From Flavipsychrobacter sp. (lineage in GTDB: Bacteria; Bacteroidota; Bacteroidia; Chitinophagales; Chitinophagaceae): 64,000 nucleotides of DNA. This document shows, piece after piece, positions 28,654 through 39,130 of the stretch (positions within the stretch are counted from its first letter, which is position 1; each line of letters starts with the position of its first letter). The stretch covers positions 91,873 to 155,872 of the forward strand of contig JANINW010000006.1 in NCBI GenBank assembly GCA_024508935.1, read 5' to 3'. The position numbers and the translations under genes were made by a program. The notes beneath the pieces are model-generated. The model searched no databases, had not been told where the DNA came from, and saw only the letters and a list, made by a program, of their open reading frames with translations.

Positions 28654-30315
28654 ATGGAACAAAAAACAAGTTTATTTAAATACTTCAAGAAGGATTTAAC
28701 GGCGGGGCTTATCGTCTTCCTCATTGCGCTGCCCCTTTGCCTGGGTATAGCACAGGCATCGGGTGCTCCTCTTTTCTCCGGCATAGTAGCCGGTATCGTT
28801 GGCGGTATTGTCATTGGTTTTCTCAGCGGCTCACAGCTAAGTGTGGTGGGCCCTGCAGCCGGGCTTACCGCCATAGTTTTAACAGCAATAGGCGACCTGG
28901 GGGCCTTTGATATTTTTCTCTGCGCCGTTATAGTAGCCGGTGGGGTACAAATATTGCTCGGCATGATAAAGGCCGGCTCAATAGCCAATTACTTCCCCAA
29001 CAGCGTGATAGAAGGTATGCTGGCAGGTATAGGCCTTACCATTATCATTAAGCAGGTACCCGATGCTGTAGGCTATACAAAACGCAACCACGACCTGATG
29101 GTAGATGCAGATGACGGTTTCACTATCAATACGATCACCGATTCCCTGAGACATATACAACCCGGCGCTGTTATTATAGCAGTAGTGGGCCTGGCCATAC
29201 TCGTGCTGTGGCAAACAAAGGCTTTCAAAAAAGTGCAGCTGCTGCCCAGCGGGCTCATTGTCGTAGTGTTGGGAATCGTCATCAATGAAATCTTAAAAGC
29301 CGCAAATTCACCGTTATTCCTCGACAGCACGCACCTGGTAAACCTGCCTGTAGCTTCCTCTGCCACCGAGTTTTTCGGCCAGTTCACCATGCCCAGCTTG
29401 TCCGGATTTGCTAATCCTAAAGTATGGCAAACAGGTGTGGTCATAGCTATCGTAGCATCTATCGAAACACTATTGTGTGTAGAAGCTACCGATAAACTGG
29501 ACCCGATGAAAAGATATACCCCCACTAACCGCGAGCTGAAAGCCCAGGGCATAGGCAATATAGTAAGCGGCTTTTTAGGCGGATTGCCTGTGACATCTGT
29601 GATTGTACGCTCATCTGCGAACATCAACGCCGGTGCACGCACAAAACTCTCTACGATCTTTCATGGCACGCTGCTGCTTATTTGCGTAGCATCCATACCT
29701 ATGGTGCTGAACCTGATACCTAAATCAGCTTTAGCGGCCATATTGATATTTACCGGGTACAGGCTTTGCAAACCCGCTGTGTTCAAGCATATGTGGAAGG
29801 AGGGGGGCGTTACCCAATTTATTCCTTTCGCAGCCACTGCAATAGCTGTAGTATCGCTAGACCTGCTAAAGGGTGTGGGCATCGGTATTATCATCAGCAT
29901 CTTTTACATACTGCGCCAGAATATGCGCATACCATATTACTACCAGCGCAGCAGCTTCAGCAACGGGGAGCTCATAAAAGTAACACTTGCACAAGAAGTA
30001 TCCTTCCTCAACAAAGCCAGCATTAAAGAAACACTGAATAACCTGCCGGGCAATACAGCCGTGATAATAGATGCAAGCCAGACAGAATACATTGATTTTG
30101 ATGTGCTGGATATGATACGCGATTACTATGAAACAAAAGCTCCTGAGAAGAACATCAAAATGTCTTTGATCGGGTTCCGCAATATGTATAAGGTACCGGC
30201 TGCCGCTTCGGAAGTAGAAGTAACCGCAGACTTGGTAGATGGCAACGAAGTGCCGAAACGCTCTGCCGGCGGTTATAAAAAACTACTGCGCCAACTGGCA
30301 TCGATAAAAGAATAG
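28654..30315 (+). CDS. SulP/SLC26 anion (probably bicarbonate) transporter with STAS domain
   Basis: AGLIVFLIALPLCLGIA.ASGAP, GPAAGL, IVASIETLL, GGLP.TSVIVRSSAN, QEVSFLNK. Confidence 0.94.
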   Translation: MEQKTSLFKYFKKDLTAGLIVFLIALPLCLGIAQASGAPLFSGIVAGIVGGIVIGFLSGSQLSVVGPAAGLTAIVLTAIGDLGAFDIFLCAVIVAGGVQILLGMIKAGSIANYFPNSVIEGMLAGIGLTIIIKQVPDAVGYTKRNHDLMVDADDGFTINTITDSLRHIQPGAVIIAVVGLAILVLWQTKAFKKVQLLPSGLIVVVLGIVINEILKAANSPLFLDSTHLVNLPVASSATEFFGQFTMPSLSGFANPKVWQTGVVIAIVASIETLLCVEATDKLDPMKRYTPTNRELKAQGIGNIVSGFLGGLPVTSVIVRSSANINAGARTKLSTIFHGTLLLICVASIPMVLNLIPKSALAAILIFTGYRLCKPAVFKHMWKEGGVTQFIPFAATAIAVVSLDLLKGVGIGIIISIFYILRQNMRIPYYYQRSSFSNGELIKVTLAQEVSFLNKASIKETLNNLPGNTAVIIDASQTEYIDFDVLDMIRDYYETKAPEKNIKMSLIGFRNMYKVPAAASEVEVTADLVDGNEVPKRSAGGYKKLLRQLASIKE

Positions 30316-30349
30316 AACCATCATGTTAACAATTTAAAAAAATGATTTT

Positions 30350-31027
30350 ATGAGAACACAATATCAATCAATACCTCAAGACATTACGCCTGAAGAAGCT
30401 TTGCAGCTGCTAAAAAAAGGCAATTTCAGGTTTATCAATAACCTGAAAATAAACCGCGACCTGCTGGAGCAGGTGAATGAAACCAAAGACGGGCAATGGC
30501 CTTTTGCAGCTATACTCAGCTGCATGGATTCCCGCACTTCTGCCGAACTGATATTTGACCAGGGTCTGGGAGATATCTTCAGCATACGTATAGCGGGCAA
30601 TGTTATAAGCGAGAATGTGCTGGGCAGCCTGGAATATGCTACAGCTGTTGCCGGATCTCGCCTGATACTGGTGCTGGGACATACTAATTGTGGCGCTATT
30701 AAAGGGGCATGCGACCATGTAGAAATGGGCCACCTCACAGGACTGCTGGATAAGATACAACCTGCCATTCATGCAGAAACAACCGTTACCAAAGACCGCA
30801 CCAGTAATAATAAAACATTTGTAGACGAAGTAGCACGGCTGAATGCCATGCATACCGTAGAGCAGATATTATCACAGAGCCCAATTATAAATGACCTTGT
30901 AAAAAAGGGGAAAGTGGGTATTGTGGCCGCATTATATGATACCACAAATGGCAAAGTAAACTTCTATGATACGAAACATATTATTTCCGTACCGGTAGCA
31001 GAAGATAACCATTTACGCGTTGCATAG
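30350..31027 (+). CDS. Beta-class carbonic anhydrase
   Basis: Zn ligands in CMDSR and HTNCGA; FDQGLGDIFSIRIAGN. Confidence 0.96.
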   Translation: MRTQYQSIPQDITPEEALQLLKKGNFRFINNLKINRDLLEQVNETKDGQWPFAAILSCMDSRTSAELIFDQGLGDIFSIRIAGNVISENVLGSLEYATAVAGSRLILVLGHTNCGAIKGACDHVEMGHLTGLLDKIQPAIHAETTVTKDRTSNNKTFVDEVARLNAMHTVEQILSQSPIINDLVKKGKVGIVAALYDTTNGKVNFYDTKHIISVPVAEDNHLRVA

Positions 31028-31071
31028 TCTGTTTCAAAAATAGTGCAGGCATTGTTTCTACAATACCTGGC

Positions 31072-31105
31072 GGGGCCGTTAGTAGTGTTGCGGCCCCCAT
31101 TTTTT
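31072..31105 (+). terminator. Probable intrinsic terminator after carbonic anhydrase
   Basis: GGGGCCG...CGGCCCC stem followed by CATTTTTT. Confidence 0.65.
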
Positions 31106-31202
31106 GCCCTGCAGTCAACATAAGAAAGATTAAGCTGTTCTTAAATAAACGCTGGTAGCTACCTGCCATCAGCAAATTGTGTAATTTTCCATAACGATAC
31201 AC

Positions 31203-32186
31203 ATGAGCAGCAATATCAAAAAAATAGGCATCCTTACCTCAGGCGGCGATAGCCCCGGCATGAATGCCGCTATTCGTGCAGCCGTACGCACTGCTATATA
31301 TAACGACGTAGAAATATACGGCATACGCAGGGGCTACCAGGGCATGATCGAAGGAGATATATACCGTATGGAGGCAAAGGATGTTGCCAATATCATACAA
31401 CGTGGTGGCACCGTACTGAAAACTGCACGCAGTAAAGAGTTCATGACAGATGAAGGCATGAAGAAAGCTTATGAGCAACTGCAATCTCATGGTATAGAAG
31501 GATTGATATTGATAGGCGGCGACGGTACCTTTCGCGGAGCCACCGCTTTTTTTAAGCAATATACCATTCCGGCAGTGGGCTTGCCGGGCACTATTGATAA
31601 TGACCTGGCAGGTACTGATTTTACCATAGGCTTCGATACTGCCGTAAATACAGCCGTAGAAGCCATAGACAAGATACGTGATACCGCTGAAGCACACGAC
31701 CGCCTGTTTATTATAGAAGTAATGGGACGTGATGCCGGCTACATAGCTTTATACAGCGGCATTGCCTGCGGTGCTGAAGACATACTGATACCTGAAACAT
31801 TAACGCATATCAATGAGGTACTGGACAGGATAGACAATGATGAACGGCGCAAAAAAACCGTACATATAATTGTTGTTGCCGAAGGCGATGATTTTGGCGG
31901 CGCTGAAGAATTGAACAAACGCGTGAAAGAACGTTTTCCTTTACTGGACACCCGCACCTGTATACTGGGCCATATACAGCGGGGCGGCTCGCCTACCTGT
32001 GCAGACCGTATACTGGCCAGCAGGCTGGGCCATGCGGCTGTAACTGCTTTGATCGAAGGGCAAACACTGGTAATGGCGGGTGTTGTGAATGGCAATATCT
32101 CCTTTATACCTTTTGCCAATGCGGTAAAAGAAAATGCCCCGATAAGCAAAGACATGCTGGAAATGATAAGAGTACTGGCTATCTGA
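31203..32186 (+). CDS. pfkA: ATP-dependent 6-phosphofructokinase
   Basis: LTSGGDSPGMNA, GGDGT, PGTIDND, EVMGR, LGHIQRGG. Confidence 0.97.
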   Translation: MSSNIKKIGILTSGGDSPGMNAAIRAAVRTAIYNDVEIYGIRRGYQGMIEGDIYRMEAKDVANIIQRGGTVLKTARSKEFMTDEGMKKAYEQLQSHGIEGLILIGGDGTFRGATAFFKQYTIPAVGLPGTIDNDLAGTDFTIGFDTAVNTAVEAIDKIRDTAEAHDRLFIIEVMGRDAGYIALYSGIACGAEDILIPETLTHINEVLDRIDNDERRKKTVHIIVVAEGDDFGGAEELNKRVKERFPLLDTRTCILGHIQRGGSPTCADRILASRLGHAAVTALIEGQTLVMAGVVNGNISFIPFANAVKENAPISKDMLEMIRVLAI

Positions 32187-32209
32187 TAACCTTAACCTCA
32201 TCTGTAAAA

Positions 32210-33244
32210 GTGTATAAAAAATATCTGCTCTTTTTAGTATCTGCCTGCATCATCAGTTGTCATTCTGTAGCTCAGAAAAAAAGCGGCAAAGCCTATGCTG
32301 TTGCTTTTTATAATATGGAGAACCTCTTTGATACCGAGGATGACCCCGAAAAGTTTGACGAAGAATTTACACCCAACGGCGACTACCATTATACAACGGA
32401 TATATACGCTAAGAAACTGCATAACATAGCTTATGTGCTGAAACAATTAGCTACAGACAGTACTGCCGATGGCGCAGCGCTGGTTGGCGTAGCCGAGGTA
32501 GAGAACAGCAAAGTGCTGACCGACCTGGCTGCTCAACCTGAAATAAAAAACAAGGGGTATAAACATATCATCTTCAGGGGACCAGACCCGCGTGGCATCA
32601 ATGTAGGCCTATTATACAACCCACGCCTGTTTAAAGTACTGAATGCTTACCCCGTAAAGGTGGCACTGGACGGCACAGGGGGCAAAATATTTACGCGCGA
32701 TGTACTTCATGTAAAAGGCATATTGGCCGACGATACTGTACATATCCTGGTAAACCATTGGCCATCGCGCAGGGAAGGCGAAAGAGAAAGTGCTGATAAA
32801 CGGGCTATTGCTGCAATGGTCAACCGGCGCATCATGGATTCTGTTCGCAGGCAGTACCCTCACCCGCGCATTATTGTAATGGGAGATATGAATGACAATC
32901 CTATTGACCGGAATATAGTACTGGGGCTTGGCACGGGAGGCAACAAAGACTATGTAAAACCCGATGGCCTGTTCAATCCATGGCAAAACATTTACCAATC
33001 AGGCAGGGGGTCAGAAGGCTTTATACGCAACCGCGATCTTTTCGACCAGGTTATTATCTCCGGCACATTTATTACACCCCCTGCAGGGCATTTAAAATAT
33101 AGCGGAGCAGAAATATTTGACCGCCCTTTTCTTATTACACAAGGTGGCAGGTTCAAAGACTATCCGCACCGCTCTTTTGGCGGCAAACATTGGATAAACG
33201 GCTATAGCGATCACTTGCCGGTAATACTTTATTTGCGAAAATAA
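32210..33244 (+). CDS. Endonuclease/exonuclease/phosphatase family exported protein
   Basis: AFYNMENLFDT, VAEVEN, VNHWPSR, MGDMND, FDQ, GYSDHLP. Confidence 0.9.
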   Translation: MYKKYLLFLVSACIISCHSVAQKKSGKAYAVAFYNMENLFDTEDDPEKFDEEFTPNGDYHYTTDIYAKKLHNIAYVLKQLATDSTADGAALVGVAEVENSKVLTDLAAQPEIKNKGYKHIIFRGPDPRGINVGLLYNPRLFKVLNAYPVKVALDGTGGKIFTRDVLHVKGILADDTVHILVNHWPSRREGERESADKRAIAAMVNRRIMDSVRRQYPHPRIIVMGDMNDNPIDRNIVLGLGTGGNKDYVKPDGLFNPWQNIYQSGRGSEGFIRNRDLFDQVIISGTFITPPAGHLKYSGAEIFDRPFLITQGGRFKDYPHRSFGGKHWINGYSDHLPVILYLRK

Positions 33245-33260
33245 TGCTGGTATTAGGCAT

Positions 33261-33295
33261 AAAAAGAAAAGCTATCCTGATGGATAGCTTTTCTT
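33261..33295. terminator. Bidirectional intrinsic terminator
   Basis: AAGAAAAGCTATCC-TGAT-GGATAGCTTTTCTT. Confidence 0.85.
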
Positions 33296-33318
33296 GTATT
33301 CTTTGCATTCGGTTGATA

Positions 33319-34116
33319 CTACTCTAACCTGAATGTTATAACCTGTGTATAATACACCTTTACAGGGTGCCCGTTTTGTTTACCCGGTTTCCATTTAGGG
33401 AATGAGCTTACTACGCGAACAGCTTCTTCATCACAACCTGCGCCCAGTTTCTTGGCTACACGTACATTACTGATACTGCCATCTTCATTTACTACAAACT
33501 CTACAGCCACGCGGCCTTCAATACCATTTTCACGTGCAGCATCAGGGTACCTGAGGTTCTTTTGGATAAATTCAGGTATGCTATACCCTGCTTCCGGCAT
33601 TTGTTCTACTGAACGGTAAATTTCAGGAGCAGCAGGAGCTTCTACCACACCGGTACCAGGTTTGTCAACCAGCCCGGCATCTATACCATTCGGATCGCCC
33701 TCCTGGGTTTTGATACCTGCACTTTTATCCTCCATTTCTTTTTGTTCTGGTGGCTTTTCGTCTTCCTTCACCTCTTCATCCTTCTTAATAACAGGAGGTG
33801 TGAATTTCACCGTCGGTTTCACCGGTGGAGGTGGCGGCGGTGGAGGTGGTGGAGGTGGCTTTTTAGGATCAATTGGCGGCGGCTCGGCAAGTGTTACTTC
33901 CTTCATCATTGCCACCGGCTTTTCTTTTTTATTAAAGTCCATATTGGACACAACAGCATAACCGGCTGTAAGTACGCCCACACCTATAAGTACCAGGAAA
34001 GACCTGGCTACCCTTTTAGGATAGTTGCGGCGCAACTCATAACCACCGTATTTTTTGTTACGGCCCTCGAACAAAATGTCGAGGTAGTCGCTGTTTAATA
34101 TTTTATTGATATCCAT
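33319..34116 (-). CDS. tonB: Energy transducer TonB
   Basis: LDILFEGRNK.YG.YELR N-terminus, polyproline linker, TonB C-domain (YP..AR..GIEG.V.V.FVV). Confidence 0.93.
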   Translation of the reverse strand: MDINKILNSDYLDILFEGRNKKYGGYELRRNYPKRVARSFLVLIGVGVLTAGYAVVSNMDFNKKEKPVAMMKEVTLAEPPPIDPKKPPPPPPPPPPPPVKPTVKFTPPVIKKDEEVKEDEKPPEQKEMEDKSAGIKTQEGDPNGIDAGLVDKPGTGVVEAPAAPEIYRSVEQMPEAGYSIPEFIQKNLRYPDAARENGIEGRVAVEFVVNEDGSISNVRVAKKLGAGCDEEAVRVVSSFPKWKPGKQNGHPVKVYYTQVITFRLE

Positions 34117-34169
34117 TTCTGATAATATCTTTAGTAATTATAAGATGCAAAAGCGGTTAAATTCCATAA

Positions 34170-34760
34170 CTACTGGCCATTGGCCTGTTCAGTAGCTGTA
34201 ATAAATTCCCTGTCTACATCTGTAATGTCAATAATGGCATAAGTCCTCACATCATTGATGCTCATTTCATCCAGGATGTTTACCAGGTCATCGTAAGTAC
34301 TGGTAGTATCCGGTTTTATCAGCACCGTCAGCTGGTCTTTAGCTGTTAAAGCACCTTGTTGTTTCAGTTCTTCGATCCTTTTCTTTTTATCAATGATCTC
34401 ATCACGTATGCCATCCTTGCTTTTGAAGTAAGTTACCTTCAGTTCAGGTGGTTTTGTAGGATCATCTGCAAGGCCTTCGTAATAATAAACACGATGCTCT
34501 TTGCTGAGAAGTACGGTAAGGGCAGTGCTCGCTTTGATCTTGCTCTGCTCTTCTTCCTTCAGGTTCTCATCCTTGTAAGGCATATTTATCTCCATGGTCT
34601 TAGGCTTAGACATGGTTGTTGTGTACATAAAGAATGTAATCAACAGGAAGCCTAGGTCAACCATTGGAGTGAGGTCTATTTTGGTAGAAAGTTTCTTACC
34701 TTTTTTGACCCCGGGGCCTTTCTTATGTCCGCCGCTACTCGACGTATCCATTTCAGCCAT
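34170..34760 (-). CDS. exbD: Biopolymer transporter ExbD
   Basis: IDLTPMVDLGFLLITFFM; VLIKP...YDDLVNILDEM. Confidence 0.93.
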   Translation of the reverse strand: MAEMDTSSSGGHKKGPGVKKGKKLSTKIDLTPMVDLGFLLITFFMYTTTMSKPKTMEINMPYKDENLKEEEQSKIKASTALTVLLSKEHRVYYYEGLADDPTKPPELKVTYFKSKDGIRDEIIDKKKRIEELKQQGALTAKDQLTVLIKPDTTSTYDDLVNILDEMSINDVRTYAIIDITDVDREFITATEQANGQ

Positions 34761-34796
34761 GGAAAAAAAGCTTTTATTTGGTTAAAATAATTTTGT

Positions 34797-35456
34797 TTAC
34801 TTCTTCATACCCGGGTTCTGGATCTGGTAGGCTGCAGTGCCCGGAGGAACCGCTTTCAGACCCGTTATCAGGTTGAACTTAAATATCTTCCAGCCTTCCA
34901 GTGTTTTTATCACTTTTTTGATATCAGGGTAAGATGCATCCGCATCGGCCTTGATAGTGATACGCAACTTAGGATTGGTATTCCTTGCCACCCTTATCCA
35001 TGCACCCAGCTCATTAGCATCAGATGTTACTAAAGTATCGGTAGGGATACCCGGAGCTGTTTTATCCAGTTCCTTTTGCTGGTCTGGCGGTGCCGCCAGG
35101 TAAGATTTCAGCTGGCTGAAAGACACACCTACAGAAGAACCTAATGCAAACGATTTTTTCTCCGCTTCTGTAAGGCCCAGTTTTTTGTATTCGTCAATAT
35201 TGTCTATCAGTTCCTTACGTTTCAGCTGGTTGTCTATCGAGAAGAACAAACGGCCTTTAGGGTCGATCGTTATCATCAGGATATCCGCATCCGGTAAAGG
35301 AATTTCAGATATTGAGTTGGGTGTGCGAACCATTACGGGTTCGTCCGGTTTAAATTTTGTTGCCAACATGAAGAAGGTCAGCAACAGGAACGCCACGTCA
35401 CACATCGCCGTCATATCGACGGAAGTGCTTTTCCTGGGCATTTTTAATTTTGGCAT
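34797..35456 (-). CDS. exbD: Biopolymer transporter ExbD (second paralogue)
   Basis: VDMTAMCDVAFLLLTFFM; IKADADASYP. Confidence 0.92.
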   Translation of the reverse strand: MPKLKMPRKSTSVDMTAMCDVAFLLLTFFMLATKFKPDEPVMVRTPNSISEIPLPDADILMITIDPKGRLFFSIDNQLKRKELIDNIDEYKKLGLTEAEKKSFALGSSVGVSFSQLKSYLAAPPDQQKELDKTAPGIPTDTLVTSDANELGAWIRVARNTNPKLRITIKADADASYPDIKKVIKTLEGWKIFKFNLITGLKAVPPGTAAYQIQNPGMKK

Positions 35457-35558
35457 CGCTTATATTTTTTCTTCAACTGTTTAAGTAATAAGACTCAAGA
35501 ACATCATCTTTCCACAAATCACACCGCACTTTTTTTAACAGGTTGCCCTGCTATGATA

Positions 35559-36392
35559 TTACCTGTAGTTAGAAGCAAAGCTTTGTGTCAGCGTGAAACC
35601 GCTTTCATCTATAGCGAAAGTGATACCGTCTATCAGTGTAGTATAGAAGTTGTAAGACACGATAGCCAGGAATGAAGTACCGATACCGAGGGCTGTATTG
35701 ATCAGGGCCTCAGAGATACCTGCAGCCAGTGCAGAAGCATCAGGAGCACCCGCCTGAGACATCGCAGCGAATGAACGGATCATACCCAGTACCGTACCGA
35801 ACAGACCCAACAGGGTAGCTACTGAAGCGATAGTAGACATGAATACCAGGTTCTTTTCCAGCATTGGCAGTTCCAATGCAGTAGCTTCTTCGATCTCTTT
35901 CTGGATGCTCAGTACTTTCTGGTCTGTATCCAGTTCAGAGTTGCTTACCATTTCGCGGTATTTAACCAGGCCGGCACGCATTACATTACCTACGCTACCA
36001 GCTTGCTTATCGCATTCTGCCAGGGCAGCATCTATATTTTTATTAGCCAGGTGATACTGTACTTTACGTACAAATTCACCAGCATCCATTTTACCTTTTG
36101 CTTTAAAGATTGTCAGTGCACGCTCTACAACGAAGCATAACAGCGTCAGCAAAGTAGCTATAAGGATAGGTACTACGAAACCACCCAGGTACATTTGACC
36201 AAGGATACCAGCCGGCTTGTGTTTTTCAGCATCCTGGAAATTGCCCGGAGCGCCTAAAACGAATTTATAAATAACAATACCTGCAACAACACAGGCCACA
36301 ACCACCAGGAAATTCAGTAAAAGGTTGTTTGAGTTTTTTGGTTTACCTGCCTGCGATGTAGAAGACTTAGCGGCTGTTTTAACGTCTGCCAT
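35559..36392 (-). CDS. exbB: MotA/TolQ/ExbB proton channel
   Basis: ATLLGLFGTVLGMIRSF, LAAGISEALINTALGI. Confidence 0.94.
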   Translation of the reverse strand: MADVKTAAKSSTSQAGKPKNSNNLLLNFLVVVACVVAGIVIYKFVLGAPGNFQDAEKHKPAGILGQMYLGGFVVPILIATLLTLLCFVVERALTIFKAKGKMDAGEFVRKVQYHLANKNIDAALAECDKQAGSVGNVMRAGLVKYREMVSNSELDTDQKVLSIQKEIEEATALELPMLEKNLVFMSTIASVATLLGLFGTVLGMIRSFAAMSQAGAPDASALAAGISEALINTALGIGTSFLAIVSYNFYTTLIDGITFAIDESGFTLTQSFASNYR

Positions 36393-36460
36393 AATTCAGA
36401 TTTTTATTGGTTTTTTGCGTTTTAGTTTAATTTTCTTTAATATGGGGTTATGCGTGGTTG

Positions 36461-36468
36461 CAAAGATA
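36461..36468 (-). promoter_or_regulatory. -7 element (TATCTTTG) for exbBDD-tonB
   Basis: Exact TAnnTTTG on the minus strand in the divergent intergenic region. Confidence 0.6.
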
Positions 36469-36646
36469 TAGGTACAGTTCAAAAAAACAACCCGGGGTTC
36501 TAAATTTTCTCTTAAAGTTAATACTCATTTACAATGCCGTGACAAGCAATATTTTCGGGCGTTTTCACCGTTTTCAATTCAACGGCAGGGGGATGAAATT
36601 ATTGCTTTTTTGCAAATCGTTGTAATCCCTTAGCAATTTTAACATT

Positions 36647-36654
36647 TACCTTTG
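36647..36654 (+). promoter_or_regulatory. -7 element (TACCTTTG) for ppa-tauE-asnS
   Basis: Exact TAnnTTTG. Confidence 0.6.
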
Positions 36655-36692
36655 CGCTTTTGTTGACAACCTGTATTAATAAACATTGAACG

Positions 36693-37238
36693 ATGAATTT
36701 TAACCCATGGCATTCTGTTAGTTACGGAGAAAATGTACCCGAAAAAGTAAATGCTGTTATTGAAATACCTAAAAACTCGAGGGCAAAGTACGAACTGGAC
36801 AAGGAAACAGGCATGCTCAAACTAGACCGCGTATTGTATTCTTCTGTTTACTACCCTGCCAATTACGGTTTTATACCCCGCACCTACTGCGATGATAATG
36901 ACCCGCTGGATATACTGGTACTTTCACAGATAGAAATGCAGCCATTATGTTTAGTAGAAGCTAAGATAATTGGCGTAATGCGCATGCTGGACCAGGGAGA
37001 AGCAGATGACAAGCTGATAGCAGTGTGCGCCAATGATATGAGTGTAGCCCATATAAATGATATAAGTGAGCTACCTTCATACTTCATTGAAGAGCTGCGC
37101 CATTTCTTTGAAGAATACAAGAAACTGGAGAATAAGGTGGTAAAGATCGAGGAATTTCAGGGACAGCGCATTGCCAAAAAGATACTACAGCACAGCATCA
37201 ATGACTATACGGCTAAATTTGGCTCACCCAAAAACTAA
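36693..37238 (+). CDS. ppa: Family I inorganic pyrophosphatase
   Basis: [41 protein letters not shown]. Confidence 0.96.
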   Translation: MNFNPWHSVSYGENVPEKVNAVIEIPKNSRAKYELDKETGMLKLDRVLYSSVYYPANYGFIPRTYCDDNDPLDILVLSQIEMQPLCLVEAKIIGVMRMLDQGEADDKLIAVCANDMSVAHINDISELPSYFIEELRHFFEEYKKLENKVVKIEEFQGQRIAKKILQHSINDYTAKFGSPKN

Positions 37239-37244
37239 CCAAAT

Positions 37245-37622
37245 ATGAATATGACAGCAGGAACCATCATAGGCATTTTGCTGATAGGCCTGGCCGCCGG
37301 TATGATGAGCAGCCTGGTTGGCATTGGAGGCGGCATTGTGATTGTACCGGCATTGGTGCTCTTATTCGGGCTGAGCCAGAAAATGGCCCAGGGCACCTCG
37401 CTGGCTATGATGCTGCCACCTATAGGTGTACTGGCTGTTATCAACTACAACCGGCAGGGCTATGTAGATTTTAAAATAGCGGGAATATTATGCCTGTCCT
37501 TCATTTTAGGCAGTTACCTGGGCAGCAAAGTGGTCTTGGGGCTCGATGCCATGCTGGTAAAAAAGATATTTGCCGTGTTTATGATTATTATTGCTGTTAA
37601 ATACCTCTTCTTCGATAAATAA
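37245..37622 (+). CDS. Half-size TauE/SafE (TSUP) membrane transporter
   Basis: [22 protein letters not shown]; about 4 TM segments only. Confidence 0.85.
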   Translation: MNMTAGTIIGILLIGLAAGMMSSLVGIGGGIVIVPALVLLFGLSQKMAQGTSLAMMLPPIGVLAVINYNRQGYVDFKIAGILCLSFILGSYLGSKVVLGLDAMLVKKIFAVFMIIIAVKYLFFDK

Positions 37623-37626
37623 TTTT

Positions 37627-39060
37627 ATGTCACGCACACGAATTAAAGACATCTTACTAAGCGACAAGACAGATTATCCTGTAAATATAAAAGGCTGGGT
37701 ACGCTCATTCCGCAACAACCAGTTTATAGCACTGAATGACGGCTCTTGCATGAGCAACCTGCAGGCAGTTGCCGAACTGAATAGCCTGGACGAAGAAACC
37801 CTTAAGAAAATTACAACCGGAGCTTCCCTTAGCATAGACGGAACGGTGATAGCATCGCAGGGCAAAGGCCAGAAAGTAGAAGTAAAAGTTGAAAAACTGA
37901 CTATACTGGGCGAATGCGATACAGAGCAGTACCCGCTGCAGCTGAAGAACCGCCCCAGCCTGGAATACCTGCGCGAGATAGCGCACCTGCGTTTCCGCAC
38001 CAATACTTTTGGGGCTGTATTCCGCGTACGCCATGCTTTAGCGTATGCTATTCATAAATTCTACAACGACCGTGGTTTTGTATACCTGCATACCCCTATC
38101 GTTACCGCCAGCGATGCGGAAGGTGCGGGTGAAATGTTCAGGGTTACTACCCTGCCGTTCGATAATCCGCCACGCAACGAAGATGGCAGTATCGATTTCA
38201 AAGAAGACTTCTTTGGCAAATCAACCAACCTGACGGTTAGCGGGCAACTGGAAGCAGAGCTGGGAGCTATGGCCTTCAGTGAAGTTTATACATTCGGGCC
38301 TACATTCCGTGCAGAGAACTCAAATACAGCACGTCACCTGGCTGAATTCTGGATGATAGAGCCCGAAGTTGCCTTCAATGACCTGACCGATAATATGGAC
38401 CTGGCGGAAGATTTCATCAAGTATATCATAAAGCATGCACTGGATAGTAACCGCGAAGACCTTGAATTCCTGGCACAGCGCCTGGCCGATGAAGAAAAAC
38501 AGAAGCCGCAGAATGAGCGCAGCGAAATGGGGCTGATAGAAAAGCTGGAATTTGTACTGAATAACCAATTCGAACGCATTACTTACACACAGGCAATTGA
38601 CGTACTGCTGGATTCACCCGCATACAAGAAAAAGAAATTCCAGTACGAGGTGAAATGGGGCATAGATATGCAAAGCGAGCATGAACGTTACCTGGTAGAA
38701 AAACATTTTAAGAAACCGGTGATCGTTACGGATTATCCTAAAGACATCAAGGCTTTCTACATGCGCCAAAATGATGATGGTAAGACGGTAGCTGCTATGG
38801 ATATATTAGCGCCCGGCATAGGGGAGATAGTGGGTGGCTCGCAAAGAGAAGAACGTCTTGACAAACTAACCCAGCGCATGGAAGAAATGCACGTACCTGT
38901 TGAAGAAATGCAATGGTACCTGGATACCCGCCGTTTCGGCACAGTGCCGCATGCAGGTTTCGGACTGGGCTTCGAGCGTATTGTATTGTTCGTTACCGGT
39001 ATGACCAATATCCGCGACGTGATACCTTTCCCGCGTACGCCTAAAAATGCTGAATTCTAA
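37627..39060 (+). CDS. asnS: Asparagine--tRNA ligase
   Basis: OB-fold (GWVR), [44 protein letters not shown]; ATG 37627. Confidence 0.97.
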   Translation: MSRTRIKDILLSDKTDYPVNIKGWVRSFRNNQFIALNDGSCMSNLQAVAELNSLDEETLKKITTGASLSIDGTVIASQGKGQKVEVKVEKLTILGECDTEQYPLQLKNRPSLEYLREIAHLRFRTNTFGAVFRVRHALAYAIHKFYNDRGFVYLHTPIVTASDAEGAGEMFRVTTLPFDNPPRNEDGSIDFKEDFFGKSTNLTVSGQLEAELGAMAFSEVYTFGPTFRAENSNTARHLAEFWMIEPEVAFNDLTDNMDLAEDFIKYIIKHALDSNREDLEFLAQRLADEEKQKPQNERSEMGLIEKLEFVLNNQFERITYTQAIDVLLDSPAYKKKKFQYEVKWGIDMQSEHERYLVEKHFKKPVIVTDYPKDIKAFYMRQNDDGKTVAAMDILAPGIGEIVGGSQREERLDKLTQRMEEMHVPVEEMQWYLDTRRFGTVPHAGFGLGFERIVLFVTGMTNIRDVIPFPRTPKNAEF

Positions 39061-39076
39061 ACTTAAAACGATTTGA

Positions 39077-39116
39077 AATAAGAAAGCCTGTTGATGTTCA
39101 ACAGGCTTTCTTTATT
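39077..39116. terminator. Bidirectional intrinsic terminator
   Basis: AAGAAAGCCTGTTGA-TGT-TCAACAGGCTTTCTT 15-bp stem. Confidence 0.88.
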
Positions 39117-39130
39117 AAGTCTTTTTGCAG

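Noticed and set aside
33820-33860. GGT/GGA/GGC microsatellite-like run
   Set aside because: It encodes the ordinary polyproline linker of TonB. It is not a phase-variable repeat or a leader-type terminal PPP.
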